A DNA stretch of 64,000 nucleotides from IMG/VR virus record IMGVR_UViG_3300022200_000019, positions 62,001 through 126,000 of that record, one strand, 5' to 3'. The notes under the pieces are model-generated. The model saw only the letters and a program-made list of their open reading frames with translations. It was not told where the DNA came from and did no database searches. Each line of letters begins with the position of its first letter. Position 1 is the stretch's first letter. Shown here piece by piece: positions 1-9,631 of the stretch. The position numbers and the translations under genes are program-made.

Positions 1-25
1 TTTATTTTGATGCCCACCTAAATGT

Positions 26-664
26 TTAGGAAGTTCTTTCATTACAATACTTTATCCATTGGTCTTTAGTGATATCAAGATACCAAGCACGCAGTGGTTT
101 TCCAACCTTCTCACCATTGGGTCGTTGATTTGAAAACCACGCAAATCCTTTCTCAAGTAACCATGATGTCGCCCACCGATCTCGTTTTGCAGTCCAGTTC
201 ATTTTCATAAACACTCGATTAGTGTAATTAAAGATATCGTTTAAGAAATATTCCCAATCGCCTGCGTCTTTGTCAAATGCTCGGTCAAATTCGGTGCGAG
301 TGGCAAAAATAATGTCATAGTGTTTTGGTAGATTCATCGGAGTTTGTGGATGAATCCATAATTCGTATCGATTAACACCTAATAAATCACAACATTCTTT
401 AAATAATCCGTCTTGTACATCAGTACAATCGCATTCGATTCCTCGTTCACGCAAAATAGCAGCAAGGACGCCAATTCCTGCTCCTATATCTAGCGCAGTT
501 TTAACATTATCAATTCCGCCGTTTCTACTGTTAGCATAGTCAACAACATGTTGTTTTTCTTCATAATACCAATCCCATTTACGTCCGTATTTTGCTCCTG
601 ACTGATATTTGTCAACTTCAAAACATCTTTTGATAACCGCTTGTTTATAATCGTCAAGTGTCAT
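26..664 (-). CDS. Class I SAM-dependent methyltransferase
   Basis: Motif I ALDIGAGIG followed by DCTDV and YDII; late-type ATAAATA 7 nt before the ATG. Confidence 0.7.
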   Translation of the reverse strand: MTLDDYKQAVIKRCFEVDKYQSGAKYGRKWDWYYEEKQHVVDYANSRNGGIDNVKTALDIGAGIGVLAAILRERGIECDCTDVQDGLFKECCDLLGVNRYELWIHPQTPMNLPKHYDIIFATRTEFDRAFDKDAGDWEYFLNDIFNYTNRVFMKMNWTAKRDRWATSWLLEKGFAWFSNQRPNGEKVGKPLRAWYLDITKDQWIKYCNERTS

Positions 665-674
665 GATGACTTAT

Positions 675-1481
675 TTATTGCCAATAAGGTTCTGCTCGGT
701 TGACCTTGAGATCTTTTGCCTTGCTACGACCAAGTTCTTTGCGTTTACCTTTTAAATGATCCAGATACGCACCCCACTCGGTATTAATGAGTGGATGCCC
801 TTCACCACCGTCTAAATGTGCTGACCAATCCTGGTTGTGCATTTCAGGCATACGTCCTCGAACAATATCAAAAACATAACTATCATGCCACTCTTTAAGT
901 GTAAAGATACCGTTTTCTGCATCTTCGTACATATGTTCAAAGTTTTCTAAAAACTTACTAGCATTTGCATGTTCTAAATTTATTGCGTATAAACCGCATT
1001 CGGTATACTTTTTGCCACGACCTAAATAACTCATATCATATTGTTCAGGAATCAAGCGTTTGATCGTCTGCATTGAAATTGGACTGTGGCAATAGTTATC
1101 GCCGTCCATCCATACAAGAATTCCATCCTTCACTTCTTCAGCACACGCAAAAATGGCATATACCTTGTGAGCAAATCTAATGGCATCCCATTTAAATGCT
1201 TTTTTGCCATCTTTGCGGTCTGTTCTTGAAGGATCGGTATCATTATGCCCAGTAGCACGAGGATCATTCTTCCAGCGTTCTTTAAACGCCACAAGTTTTG
1301 GACTTGCTGTATTTAAATTTCTAACAATCAAATTGGGTGCGCTTTCTGCAACATCAAAGCCTTCTGCGTACACATAGAGTGCAATTTCAGATGGCCAATT
1401 TTGGAGAAATGATTGAACCATACGCTTTCCATATAAGTCATATCCGTTTTTGTTAAATGTAGTAACTACTGTATATTGCAT
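675..1481 (-). CDS. GT-A type glycosyltransferase (nucleotide-diphospho-sugar transferase-like)
   Basis: KVYAI..LVWMDGD (DxD), WHDSYVFD, DHLKG; TATAAATA on the minus strand at 1488-1495. Confidence 0.6.
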   Translation of the reverse strand: MQYTVVTTFNKNGYDLYGKRMVQSFLQNWPSEIALYVYAEGFDVAESAPNLIVRNLNTASPKLVAFKERWKNDPRATGHNDTDPSRTDRKDGKKAFKWDAIRFAHKVYAIFACAEEVKDGILVWMDGDNYCHSPISMQTIKRLIPEQYDMSYLGRGKKYTECGLYAINLEHANASKFLENFEHMYEDAENGIFTLKEWHDSYVFDIVRGRMPEMHNQDWSAHLDGGEGHPLINTEWGAYLDHLKGKRKELGRSKAKDLKVNRAEPYWQ

Positions 1482-1494
1482 AATTAATATTTAT

Positions 1495-2331
1495 ATGGCG
1501 CAAAAGAGCATAGCATACTTTCCAAAACAGGTCGCACTCAATGGTTCTGGTGTACTCAAAGATTTTTTAAAAGGTGCGATTAAACACGGAATAGTTCCTG
1601 TGGAAAATAGCATGGATGCTGATTATGCTGTGATATGGTCTGTGCTCTGGAACGGCAAGATGACTGCAAACCAGCGTGTATATGAGCATTACAGGCATTT
1701 CAATAAACCGGTATTTGTAATTGATGTGGGCGCACTGCATCGTGAAGTTACTTGGAAAGTGGCACTCAATAACATCAATGCACACGGTTACTATGGTCAT
1801 GAACTGAATTTAGATCCAGATCGTCCGAAAACTCTGGGAATTAGTTTACGAACTCAAACCCGCAACAACGGCAAAATTTTAATTGCCGCGCAGCACCGCA
1901 GGAGCCAACAAGTCAAAGATGTTAACATTGAACAATGGACCAATCAGATGTACAATAAAATTACATCAATTACTGATCGACCAGTGGTAATACGCCCACA
2001 TCCCAGATGCAATCTTGATTTATATCGTTTGCCCATGGGAGCAGAAATCCAACAACCAGTTAAGATTCCCAACAGCTATGACAAATTTGATTTAGAATAT
2101 GATTGGTATGCCATTGTTAACTATAACAGTGGTCCAGGCATTCAGGGAGCTCTTAATGGATGTCACGTCATAGTAAATGATTCTAGTCTGGCATTTCCTG
2201 TGTCAACCACACTGGAAAATCCTGTTTATACTCCACGTGACGAATGGTTGATAAGTATAGCACACACTGAATATACTCGAGAAGAAATTAAACAAGGTTT
2301 ATGTCTAAAAAGGCTAGCAGAAAGGCTCTAG
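1495..2331 (+). CDS. GT-B type glycosyltransferase, capsule-polysaccharide-biosynthesis-like
   Basis: VVIRPHP and NSGPGIQGALNG motifs; ATG 1495 preferred to TTG 1450, which overlaps the divergent gene. Confidence 0.55.
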   Translation: MAQKSIAYFPKQVALNGSGVLKDFLKGAIKHGIVPVENSMDADYAVIWSVLWNGKMTANQRVYEHYRHFNKPVFVIDVGALHREVTWKVALNNINAHGYYGHELNLDPDRPKTLGISLRTQTRNNGKILIAAQHRRSQQVKDVNIEQWTNQMYNKITSITDRPVVIRPHPRCNLDLYRLPMGAEIQQPVKIPNSYDKFDLEYDWYAIVNYNSGPGIQGALNGCHVIVNDSSLAFPVSTTLENPVYTPRDEWLISIAHTEYTREEIKQGLCLKRLAERL

Positions 2332-3086
2332 ATGCACCACTGGTCCCGGATCCGCCTACAGTGTCTCAGCACAAAACAGGCGATCCTGTTGATTGTGCCT
2401 GTGTGATTCATGGATCATATTATTCATTTGATTATGTACACAAATTATACAATGGTCTGTGTCGTAACTTAACCAGATCAGTTCGTTTACATGTTTATAC
2501 TGAAGCTGAGCGCATTGTACCAGAACCATACATTCATCATGCATTAAAAAATCTGGAAGTGGAAGGACCCAAAAAAAGCTGGTGGTACAAAACACAACTG
2601 TTTGACAGTAATCAATTTTCTGGACAGTTGCTATATTTTGATCTTGATGTGGTTATTGTGGATAACATTGATTTTTTTACTGAACTTTCTACTGATTGTT
2701 TCTGGGGAATCAGAGATTTTAGATATCTGTTTAATAAAACACGACGCAATCTGAACAGCAGCATCATGTATTTTGACACACAGAAGTTCAATTATGTGTG
2801 GCAGCAGTTTATGACCAATCCTGCTGAACATATGCGTCGCCTACATGGTGATCAGGATTTTATTGATCGCGCGATCCCGCCCAACGATAAAAAGTTTTTT
2901 GATGAAGATCTGATAAAAAGCTGGCGGTGGCAACTGCTGGATGGTGGTTATGACGTCAAAAGCAGGCGTCATTATGAACCTGGATCTGGTACTAAAATTA
3001 CAACTCCGACCAGAGTCATGGTTTTTCATGGCAAACCTAAAATACACGAAGTAAATGACGCAATTATTCATAAATACTGGTGTTAA
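2301..3086 (+). CDS. GT8-like glycosyltransferase
   Basis: WWYK, YFDLDVVI (DxD), NSSIM, GDQDFI, FHGKPK motifs. Confidence 0.7.
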   Translation: MSKKASRKALDAPLVPDPPTVSQHKTGDPVDCACVIHGSYYSFDYVHKLYNGLCRNLTRSVRLHVYTEAERIVPEPYIHHALKNLEVEGPKKSWWYKTQLFDSNQFSGQLLYFDLDVVIVDNIDFFTELSTDCFWGIRDFRYLFNKTRRNLNSSIMYFDTQKFNYVWQQFMTNPAEHMRRLHGDQDFIDRAIPPNDKKFFDEDLIKSWRWQLLDGGYDVKSRRHYEPGSGTKITTPTRVMVFHGKPKIHEVNDAIIHKYWC

Positions 3087-3113
3087 CACAAAAACGTTTT
3101 TGGAGAAATAATA

Positions 3114-3644
3114 ATGGCAACACGTACAATTAAATTTCTAGGCAAAGCATACTCAGAATCAGGAGATGTTAGCCTTGAAGTCAGTATTAACGGAAATCAG
3201 GTACACAACGGCACAGTACTAACAAAATCACCAACCGGCACTGAAAACAAAGATGACCTTTATGAAATGTTTACTTTTAACATGGACAGTAGCGTTTCTG
3301 GAAACATCCCGGTTAGTATTGCAGTCAGTGGTGGCACGGCATATTTTGGTCTGCTTAATGGAAACTATTCTGGGTTTGAAGCAACCTACAACGAAGAAGG
3401 AACTATCACAACAATAACTGTTGCTCCAGAAGATTACTATAGAGATTTAAACAATAACACACCAGACAGCGATGGAAAGACTAACATTAACATTGATCCA
3501 GCAGATGGAGATAATCCATCACGCAATCCACTAGATGATGGCTATTATGGTGATTGGCATTATAGTATTCCGGACGGGTCTACGTTTACATGTGATTATT
3601 ACATCGATCCAGAGCTAGAAATTCTGGAAGTACCATCAGTATAA
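3114..3644 (+). CDS. Hypothetical protein, probably virion-associated
   Basis: GGAG RBS, CATAAATA at 3069-3076, beta-rich composition, followed by a terminator. Confidence 0.5.
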   Translation: MATRTIKFLGKAYSESGDVSLEVSINGNQVHNGTVLTKSPTGTENKDDLYEMFTFNMDSSVSGNIPVSIAVSGGTAYFGLLNGNYSGFEATYNEEGTITTITVAPEDYYRDLNNNTPDSDGKTNINIDPADGDNPSRNPLDDGYYGDWHYSIPDGSTFTCDYYIDPELEILEVPSV

Positions 3645-3678
3645 AATATTCAATAGTATTTCATAAAAATAATTTATT

Positions 3679-3707
3679 AATAGGGTCTAGACAGACCCTA
3701 TTTTTTT
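3679..3707 (+). terminator. Rho-independent terminator
   Basis: aatagggtct-agac-agaccctatt followed by a T-tract. Confidence 0.8.
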
Positions 3708-3741
3708 GACTATAATATGTGTATAGTTTATTACATACCGT

Positions 3742-3761
3742 TTGTTGCAAAAATACAACAA
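3742..3761. promoter_or_regulatory. Palindromic operator-like site upstream of an early promoter
   Basis: ttgttgca-aaaa-tacaacaa, 9 nt before TTGACA; near-identical copy at 53674-53693 with the same spacing. Confidence 0.65.
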
Positions 3762-3770
3762 AATCAAGTC

Positions 3771-3799
3771 TTGACAATTCTTGTACAATTGGGTATAAT
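3771..3799 (+). promoter_or_regulatory. Sigma70-type early promoter
   Basis: TTGACA-17-TATAAT, perfect consensus. Confidence 0.85.
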
Positions 3800-3839
3800 A
3801 AGCACTCATTCAACAACATAGCAAATATAGGAGTTTACT

Positions 3840-4859
3840 ATGAATGTGCGTATTTCTTATGGTACATATCGTGCAGACAACGGGTCTGTACAAGAAGTAC
3901 ACGACCAAATTTTCGAGTCAATTGCCCCTGTTAAACACGGCAAAAAAGGAGCATACATCACTGTGCGGCCCAATGACACAGTTAAATCACAGCGAGATAA
4001 AATCCGTGTAAAAGTTCAAGAACAAGATCTTGAATATCTGGATGCACCAGTTCTGGCACCAACAATTACACAAATTACAGAAACTGATGAACAAGTAATG
4101 GACCGCATTGAAACACGTTTTGGAGTTCTGGAAGACATGACCCGTGCAGCAATTAATAGCGACGTGCGTGCTATGATTGTAGTTGGTCCGCCAGGCGTGG
4201 GCAAGAGTTATGGAGTTCAAACTCAACTTGAAAAGAGCTCTATGTTTGATCGTCTTGCAGGCAGCAAAGTTAAGTACGAAGTTGTTAAGGGTGCTATGAC
4301 TCCAATTGGATTGTATGCTACGCTTTATAATCATGCCGACAAAGGAAACGTACTTGTATTTGACGATTGCGACAGTATTCTGCTTGATGATTTGTCACTG
4401 AATTTGCTTAAAGCGGCCCTTGATTCTGGGAAGAAGCGTACTATCCACTGGAATGCGGATAGCTCGCTACTGCGTCGTGAGGGTATCCCAGACCGCTTTG
4501 ATTTCCACGGCGCAGTAATTTTTATTACTAACCTGAAGTTTGACCATGTGCGCAGCAAGAAGTTGCAGGACCATTTGGAAGCACTGCAAAGTCGTTGCCA
4601 CTATATTGATTTAACTCTGGATACTATGCGTGATCGTTTGTTGCGAATCAAACAGATTCATCGCCGAGGTGACCTGTTTGAACACTACTTTTTTCAGGGC
4701 AACGAAGGAGATCAGGTAATTACATTTATGGAAGATAATCAGGATAAACTTCGTGAAATGAGCCTGCGCATGGCGCTTAAACTAGCAGACTTAATTAAGG
4801 TTAGTCCTGCACGCTGGAAAGATATGGCAGCAGTAACTTGCATGAAGAATAGTTATTAA
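3840..4859 (+). CDS. AAA+/P-loop ATPase
   Basis: Walker A GPPGVGKS, Walker B LVFDDCD, sensor FITN, ALQSR arginine finger; AGGAG RBS. Confidence 0.75.
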   Translation: MNVRISYGTYRADNGSVQEVHDQIFESIAPVKHGKKGAYITVRPNDTVKSQRDKIRVKVQEQDLEYLDAPVLAPTITQITETDEQVMDRIETRFGVLEDMTRAAINSDVRAMIVVGPPGVGKSYGVQTQLEKSSMFDRLAGSKVKYEVVKGAMTPIGLYATLYNHADKGNVLVFDDCDSILLDDLSLNLLKAALDSGKKRTIHWNADSSLLRREGIPDRFDFHGAVIFITNLKFDHVRSKKLQDHLEALQSRCHYIDLTLDTMRDRLLRIKQIHRRGDLFEHYFFQGNEGDQVITFMEDNQDKLREMSLRMALKLADLIKVSPARWKDMAAVTCMKNSY

Positions 4860-4860
4860 A

Positions 4861-5556
4861 ATGAGTTGGTTCATTGAAAAACCTACTATTTTAGGAATGC
4901 AGTTTAAAAATAAACTGCCAAGACCCTCAAAAACCGGTGTTGATTGGTTTTTATTTTCATACTTCTTAGAGAAGTTTAAGAACCAGCCGATGCTCGAAGT
5001 TGGAGTAGGTCAAGGTGGGAGTGCCTTAACAATGTTAAATTTTACAAAAAACTTAACAATAGTTGACTCATGGGAATATGGGTATTCAAGGGACGCATTT
5101 ATTGAATTAGCCAACAGCCATAAGTTATCATTTAATGAGATTGTGGTTAATTCACAAAATTTTATTCCAACAGAAATATATAGTTTTGTACATTTAGACG
5201 CAGATAAAGAATATAATAGCGTGATGCATACACTAGAGACAGTTAGTAATTATTGTACAGATATTATCTGTGTCGACGATTATTTACAATCGTTGTGGCC
5301 AGAAGTGTCATGGGCGGTAGATGACTGGGTAAAAACGTCAGGTTGGAAGAGGTTTTTTACAGGCAATCATCAAGTCTTTTTAAGTAAAAAAGCATACCCA
5401 ATTAAACAATTAATTGCAGATTTGCCGTTGATGAATAATAAAGAAGGATATCAACTGACTTATGGCAAACTTCCTCAAAATGAGTTTATTGATAACGGAC
5501 CATTAACATATACGTGGCACGAAGTACAACAACGGGAAAAGAGTTTAATACTCTAA
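4861..5556 (+). CDS. SAM-dependent methyltransferase (Methyltransf_24-like)
   Basis: LEVGVGQGGS, IVDSW, FVHLDADK, VDDY. Confidence 0.65.
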   Translation: MSWFIEKPTILGMQFKNKLPRPSKTGVDWFLFSYFLEKFKNQPMLEVGVGQGGSALTMLNFTKNLTIVDSWEYGYSRDAFIELANSHKLSFNEIVVNSQNFIPTEIYSFVHLDADKEYNSVMHTLETVSNYCTDIICVDDYLQSLWPEVSWAVDDWVKTSGWKRFFTGNHQVFLSKKAYPIKQLIADLPLMNNKEGYQLTYGKLPQNEFIDNGPLTYTWHEVQQREKSLIL

Positions 5557-5561
5557 GGTTT

Positions 5562-5646
5562 TAAACTAGAGAACACAATTGCTATGTTGAACTCCTAAGT
5601 TCTCTGGTTTATTTGGCGCAAGATGAAATACTCTTGCGCCTTTTTT
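5562..5646 (+). ncRNA. Candidate 3'-UTR-derived sRNA: hairpin with anti-SD loop plus terminator
   Basis: 13-bp stem 5562-5574/5599-5611, 24-nt loop containing TTGCTATGTTGAACTCCT, then terminator ggcgcaaga/tcttgcgcc plus T-tract. Confidence 0.5.
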
Positions 5647-5662
5647 ATTTTTGTGTTATAAT
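5634..5662 (+). promoter_or_regulatory. Sigma70-type promoter overlapping the terminator
   Basis: TTGCGC-17-TATAAT with TGn extension; ATG 6 nt downstream (leaderless). Confidence 0.6.
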
Positions 5663-5668
5663 ATTGTT

Positions 5669-6787
5669 ATGATTCGTAAAGTAATCGACAGAGAAACAGC
5701 ACACTTGTGGATGCGTGAGAATTTACGCTTTAGTCGTTATGATATTAACTTCGTAGAAAATGTTGCTCGTTTCATTAATGACAACCGCCCGCTTACTGTT
5801 AAACAGAACGATTTATGGGAAAAGATTGTTCATAAGTATCGTAAGCAGATTTATAACGAAAGTCAGAACACACTCACAGATGAAGATATCCTAGCCAAGC
5901 AGTGGCGCCAAGGCCCTGTAGAGTTTGATCCTAGTTACGCTCCGTTGTTGTGGATCGAAGATGATGTTATTAAACTTCGTTTTCCGTTTAACAAAGACGC
6001 AGTCGCTGACTTGCGTACAGTAATTCAAGATGCTGGTCACGATTATGGATTAATGATGTCTTCTGTACATCATGAGTATATTCACTGGGATAGAGACGAA
6101 CGTGTATGGCGTGGTACCGCGTATCCTACCTTAATTCGAGACTTGTACTATTATTCTAAAGATCATAATTTTACTATAGATAAATCAGTTCAAGACATAG
6201 TAGATAGCATTCCTGGAGATGAGTTTGATTGGCGCCCATACGCTGAGTTATATGGTGACAGCTATATGATTAGTAATTTAAGTCCTGGATTATTAAAAGC
6301 ATTGCCACCTAATGAGATTACTCTCAACGCCGTTAGAGATCTTGTCGGATTAGAAGTTACATTAAGTGATACACTACAAAGTTATGTGGCACAGAAATAT
6401 GGATACCATATTGGACGAATTGCTTGTCAACGCGAAGTACGCATTGATATGAACGATATCAAATTGGTCAAACAGTGGCTTAGAGAAACAGATAACGATA
6501 TCTTTGTTGTACATAAGCAGTATGCTGATTATGCTGAAAATTTTAAATTAGAACAACAAACACTTGTTCCTGAAAAGTTTGTGAGTTTAGCAGACTTCAG
6601 AAACACCGCTGGCGGCATTGGTGATTATCATGTGTTTAGCAAAGATGGCGACAACTATACATTAGATAACGGTGTTGATTGTGTAGTTTATATGCCCGGA
6701 ACAGCGTTTAATTACGAAGCACTTGCACACATTGCTAAAAAGGTTATTACAGTAGTAGAAGATGAAACAAGCACGATTAATAATTAA
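5669..6787 (+). CDS. Hypothetical protein upstream of the helicase
   Basis: Long ORF overlapping the next gene; in-frame ATG 5669 directly after the -10 box. Confidence 0.6.
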   Translation: MIRKVIDRETAHLWMRENLRFSRYDINFVENVARFINDNRPLTVKQNDLWEKIVHKYRKQIYNESQNTLTDEDILAKQWRQGPVEFDPSYAPLLWIEDDVIKLRFPFNKDAVADLRTVIQDAGHDYGLMMSSVHHEYIHWDRDERVWRGTAYPTLIRDLYYYSKDHNFTIDKSVQDIVDSIPGDEFDWRPYAELYGDSYMISNLSPGLLKALPPNEITLNAVRDLVGLEVTLSDTLQSYVAQKYGYHIGRIACQREVRIDMNDIKLVKQWLRETDNDIFVVHKQYADYAENFKLEQQTLVPEKFVSLADFRNTAGGIGDYHVFSKDGDNYTLDNGVDCVVYMPGTAFNYEALAHIAKKVITVVEDETSTINN

Positions 6788-8222
6788 AGACGAAGTGAAC
6801 GTCAAGATCGAAGGGTTGGAACTTTCAACCCGGCAAAAACTTGTAAACAAGTTCAAGTACGTTGTGCCACACGCACGTTATTTGCCAGCAGTTCGTCTTG
6901 GTCGGTGGGATGGTAAAGTAGCATTCTTCCAACTTGGTGGCAGCACATATGTTAACTTGTTGCCAGACATTGTTCCTATCTTAGCAGAATATAATTATGA
7001 TGTTGTAGTCGATGATCAACGTGATTATCGTACAGCGTTTGAGTTTGAACGTGTAGAAAAAGGTAGCTATTCGCACATTACTTGGCCTAAAGGTCATCCT
7101 GCTGAAGGACAGCCTGTTGAAATGCGTGATTACCAAATTGAAGTAGTTAATAACTTTCTGGAGAATCCACAGTCGCTACAAGAGATTGCTACAGGTGCCG
7201 GTAAAACCATCATGACAGCATCTCTGAGTCAGCGTGTTGAACAGTATGGACGATCGATTGTTATTGTACCTAACAAAAGTTTGGTAACGCAAACCGAAAA
7301 GGATTACATCAACATGCAATTAGACGTTGGCGTGTTTTATGGCGATCGTAAAGAGTTTGGTAAGACACATACTATTTGTACCTGGCAATCACTTAACTCG
7401 CTATTAAAAGCAACACGCAATCAGCAAGCGCCTATTACTATTGGCGAGTTTTTAGAAGATGTTGTTTGTGTTATTGTGGACGAAGTTCATCAGGCAAAAG
7501 CAGACGCACTTAAAACTCTACTTACAGGCCCAATGGCAAAGATTCCACTACGATGGGGTCTAACAGGAACCATTCCCAAAGAGGAGTTTGAGTTTCAGGC
7601 ACTTCATGTAAGTATCGGACCAGTGATTCACAGAATTGCTGCTACTGAATTACAAGAAAAAGGGGTGCTTGCTAATTGCCACGTTAATATTGTGCAGCTA
7701 CAAGATCATGCAGAGCATGCTAACTATCAAGCAGAACTTAAATTCTTGTTAAGCGATCAAGACAGATTAAATGTTATCGCACAAATGATTGAAGGTATTA
7801 ACGAGTCGGGTAATACACTTGTTCTGGTTGATCGTGTTAGTGCAGGCAATGATTTGGTGGAACGATTGGGTGATCGAGCAGTATTTGTGAGCGGTGCCAC
7901 AAAAGCAAAAGACAGACAAGATCATTATGATGAAGTTTCAGAAGCCGACAATAAAATTATTGTTGCAACGTATGGTGTTGCTGCCGTTGGCATTAATATT
8001 CCTCGTATTTTCAATCTTGTTCTTGTTGAGCCTGGCAAGTCTTTTGTTCGTGTTATTCAATCCATTGGCCGTGGCATACGAAAAGCACAAGATAAGGACC
8101 ATGTCCAGATATGGGACATAACGTCGACATGTAAGTTTGCTAAACGACATTTAACCAAGCGTAAAGCGTTTTATAAAGAAGCAAACTATCCGTTTACACA
8201 AGAAAAGTATGAGTGGAAATAG
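6762..8222 (+). CDS. uvsW: SF2 DNA helicase, T4 UvsW-like
   Basis: RDYQ Q-motif, ATGAGKT, DEVH, GLTGT, QSIGRG; N-terminal WDGK as in UvsW. Confidence 0.85.
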   Translation: MKQARLIIKDEVNVKIEGLELSTRQKLVNKFKYVVPHARYLPAVRLGRWDGKVAFFQLGGSTYVNLLPDIVPILAEYNYDVVVDDQRDYRTAFEFERVEKGSYSHITWPKGHPAEGQPVEMRDYQIEVVNNFLENPQSLQEIATGAGKTIMTASLSQRVEQYGRSIVIVPNKSLVTQTEKDYINMQLDVGVFYGDRKEFGKTHTICTWQSLNSLLKATRNQQAPITIGEFLEDVVCVIVDEVHQAKADALKTLLTGPMAKIPLRWGLTGTIPKEEFEFQALHVSIGPVIHRIAATELQEKGVLANCHVNIVQLQDHAEHANYQAELKFLLSDQDRLNVIAQMIEGINESGNTLVLVDRVSAGNDLVERLGDRAVFVSGATKAKDRQDHYDEVSEADNKIIVATYGVAAVGINIPRIFNLVLVEPGKSFVRVIQSIGRGIRKAQDKDHVQIWDITSTCKFAKRHLTKRKAFYKEANYPFTQEKYEWK

Positions 8223-8223
8223 G

Positions 8224-8252
8224 TTGCAATCAAAACTAAACTATACTATAAT
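8224..8252 (+). promoter_or_regulatory. Sigma70-type promoter (leaderless transcript)
   Basis: TTGCAA-17-TATAAT, ATG 6 nt downstream. Confidence 0.65.
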
Positions 8253-8258
8253 AATACT

Positions 8259-8762
8259 ATGAGAATTCACACACTAGACAATACAGCATACAACTTAGAC
8301 ACGCTACCGGAAGAAATTGATGATATGCGTTTTGCTATTCTTGATAATAGCGATCCTAACAATCCCGATTATTTTTACATTCCGTTAATCTTTTTAGAAT
8401 CATTTACAAGTCCGGCACTTGTACTAAAGATCGGTAATAAACAAATTAAGATGCCACTGGATTGGCAGGTGTTGATTGGAGAAGATGACTTAGGAGATTT
8501 AGAATCACTTCCGCTTACTAGTCTAAATGATCGCGACTTTAAGGTGTACCAGTATAATAGTTTAAGTTCATATGCACCTACATTCCTTCCGATTGAAATT
8601 GTAGATGTGTACAATGAAGTAAATTGGTATGCACCTAAATTAAAGAATGGACAATTCCTTGCTGTTCCACTAAGTGATGGTGAGAATCCAGAATGTGTAT
8701 ACTTTATTAAAGACGTATCCCGTAACTGCGAAGTAGTAGATTATAATAAAGCGTGGGGGTAA
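8259..8762 (+). CDS. Hypothetical phage protein
   Basis: ORF directly after a promoter, within the replication cluster. Confidence 0.6.
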   Translation: MRIHTLDNTAYNLDTLPEEIDDMRFAILDNSDPNNPDYFYIPLIFLESFTSPALVLKIGNKQIKMPLDWQVLIGEDDLGDLESLPLTSLNDRDFKVYQYNSLSSYAPTFLPIEIVDVYNEVNWYAPKLKNGQFLAVPLSDGENPECVYFIKDVSRNCEVVDYNKAWG

Positions 8763-8763
8763 T

Positions 8764-9201
8764 ATGAAAGACAACAACGTTACTGTAACAATGGTAGATA
8801 TCGAAGACGAAAATGGGAACCCAGTAACTATCACGGTTCCGTATAACTATGACGATTACGATGACTATACCATTAACACAGCAGGGTTAAATTGGGGCAA
8901 CATATCCCTTGGCGATGGTAAAAATATTTCCAATGGTATCCAAGTACACGGTGACAAAGGTACTTGGGACGTGGGAGATAGAATTAGAGAAATTGAACGT
9001 GTGTTAAATATTCCAGAACGTGATTATGACATGGAAGCACAACATCCAGAGCTAAAAGACCTTTATGAAAAACATATGCGTAAGATTGAAAAAGTATTAA
9101 AGAAATTACCAGCAGTGTCCGAATATGAACGCGAAGTAGAAAAGCATCGCATGTGGGATACATTAAAAGGTCCAGACAGGAACATCAATGGCGGCTCCTA
9201 A
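8764..9201 (+). CDS. Hypothetical protein
   Basis: ORF abutting both neighbours. Confidence 0.55.
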   Translation: MKDNNVTVTMVDIEDENGNPVTITVPYNYDDYDDYTINTAGLNWGNISLGDGKNISNGIQVHGDKGTWDVGDRIREIERVLNIPERDYDMEAQHPELKDLYEKHMRKIEKVLKKLPAVSEYEREVEKHRMWDTLKGPDRNINGGS

Positions 9202-9631
9202 ACTAGACATTTTTAAAATGCTTGCGGCAATGGATCGCAAGGATTATGATTTTTATGATAATCTAAGTGACGAAGAACGTAAAGGATTCAGTGCCTTTCT
9301 TGCGTTAAAATGGGGAGCCAGTGTAGAAGGTTCACGTGAAATTCAGCACTATTATCTAGCAGCAGCAAATCATTATTGTAACAAACATTGGTTTGAAATT
9401 AGCAGACATCCAAAATTACAATGGTTAGAACTTTGCGCAGCAAGTCCAGGCATCGGTCCACAAAGACATAAGTGGCTTGAAATGCAAAAGAAAGATAAAA
9501 AAGCCAACGAGCACGTTAAAAAGTTGACTAATTTATTTCCTAATGTTAAACTAAACGATATTGAAGTATTGTCTAAACTTGTTACTAAACGCGAAGTAGA
9601 TGACTACATTAAGCAGCACGGAACAGACTGA
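9188..9631 (+). CDS. T4 gp62-like clamp-loader small subunit (tentative)
   Basis: Pattern F..F...KW.....N......HPKLQW......RHKW resembles the gp62 family; replication context. Confidence 0.45.
   Translation: MAAPKLDIFKMLAAMDRKDYDFYDNLSDEERKGFSAFLALKWGASVEGSREIQHYYLAAANHYCNKHWFEISRHPKLQWLELCAASPGIGPQRHKWLEMQKKDKKANEHVKKLTNLFPNVKLNDIEVLSKLVTKREVDDYIKQHGTD

Noticed and set aside
3840-4859. Clamp-loader large subunit (gp44) call
   Set aside because: Lacks the N-terminal KYRP motif and the DEAD-type Walker B of RFC/gp44; left as a generic AAA+ ATPase
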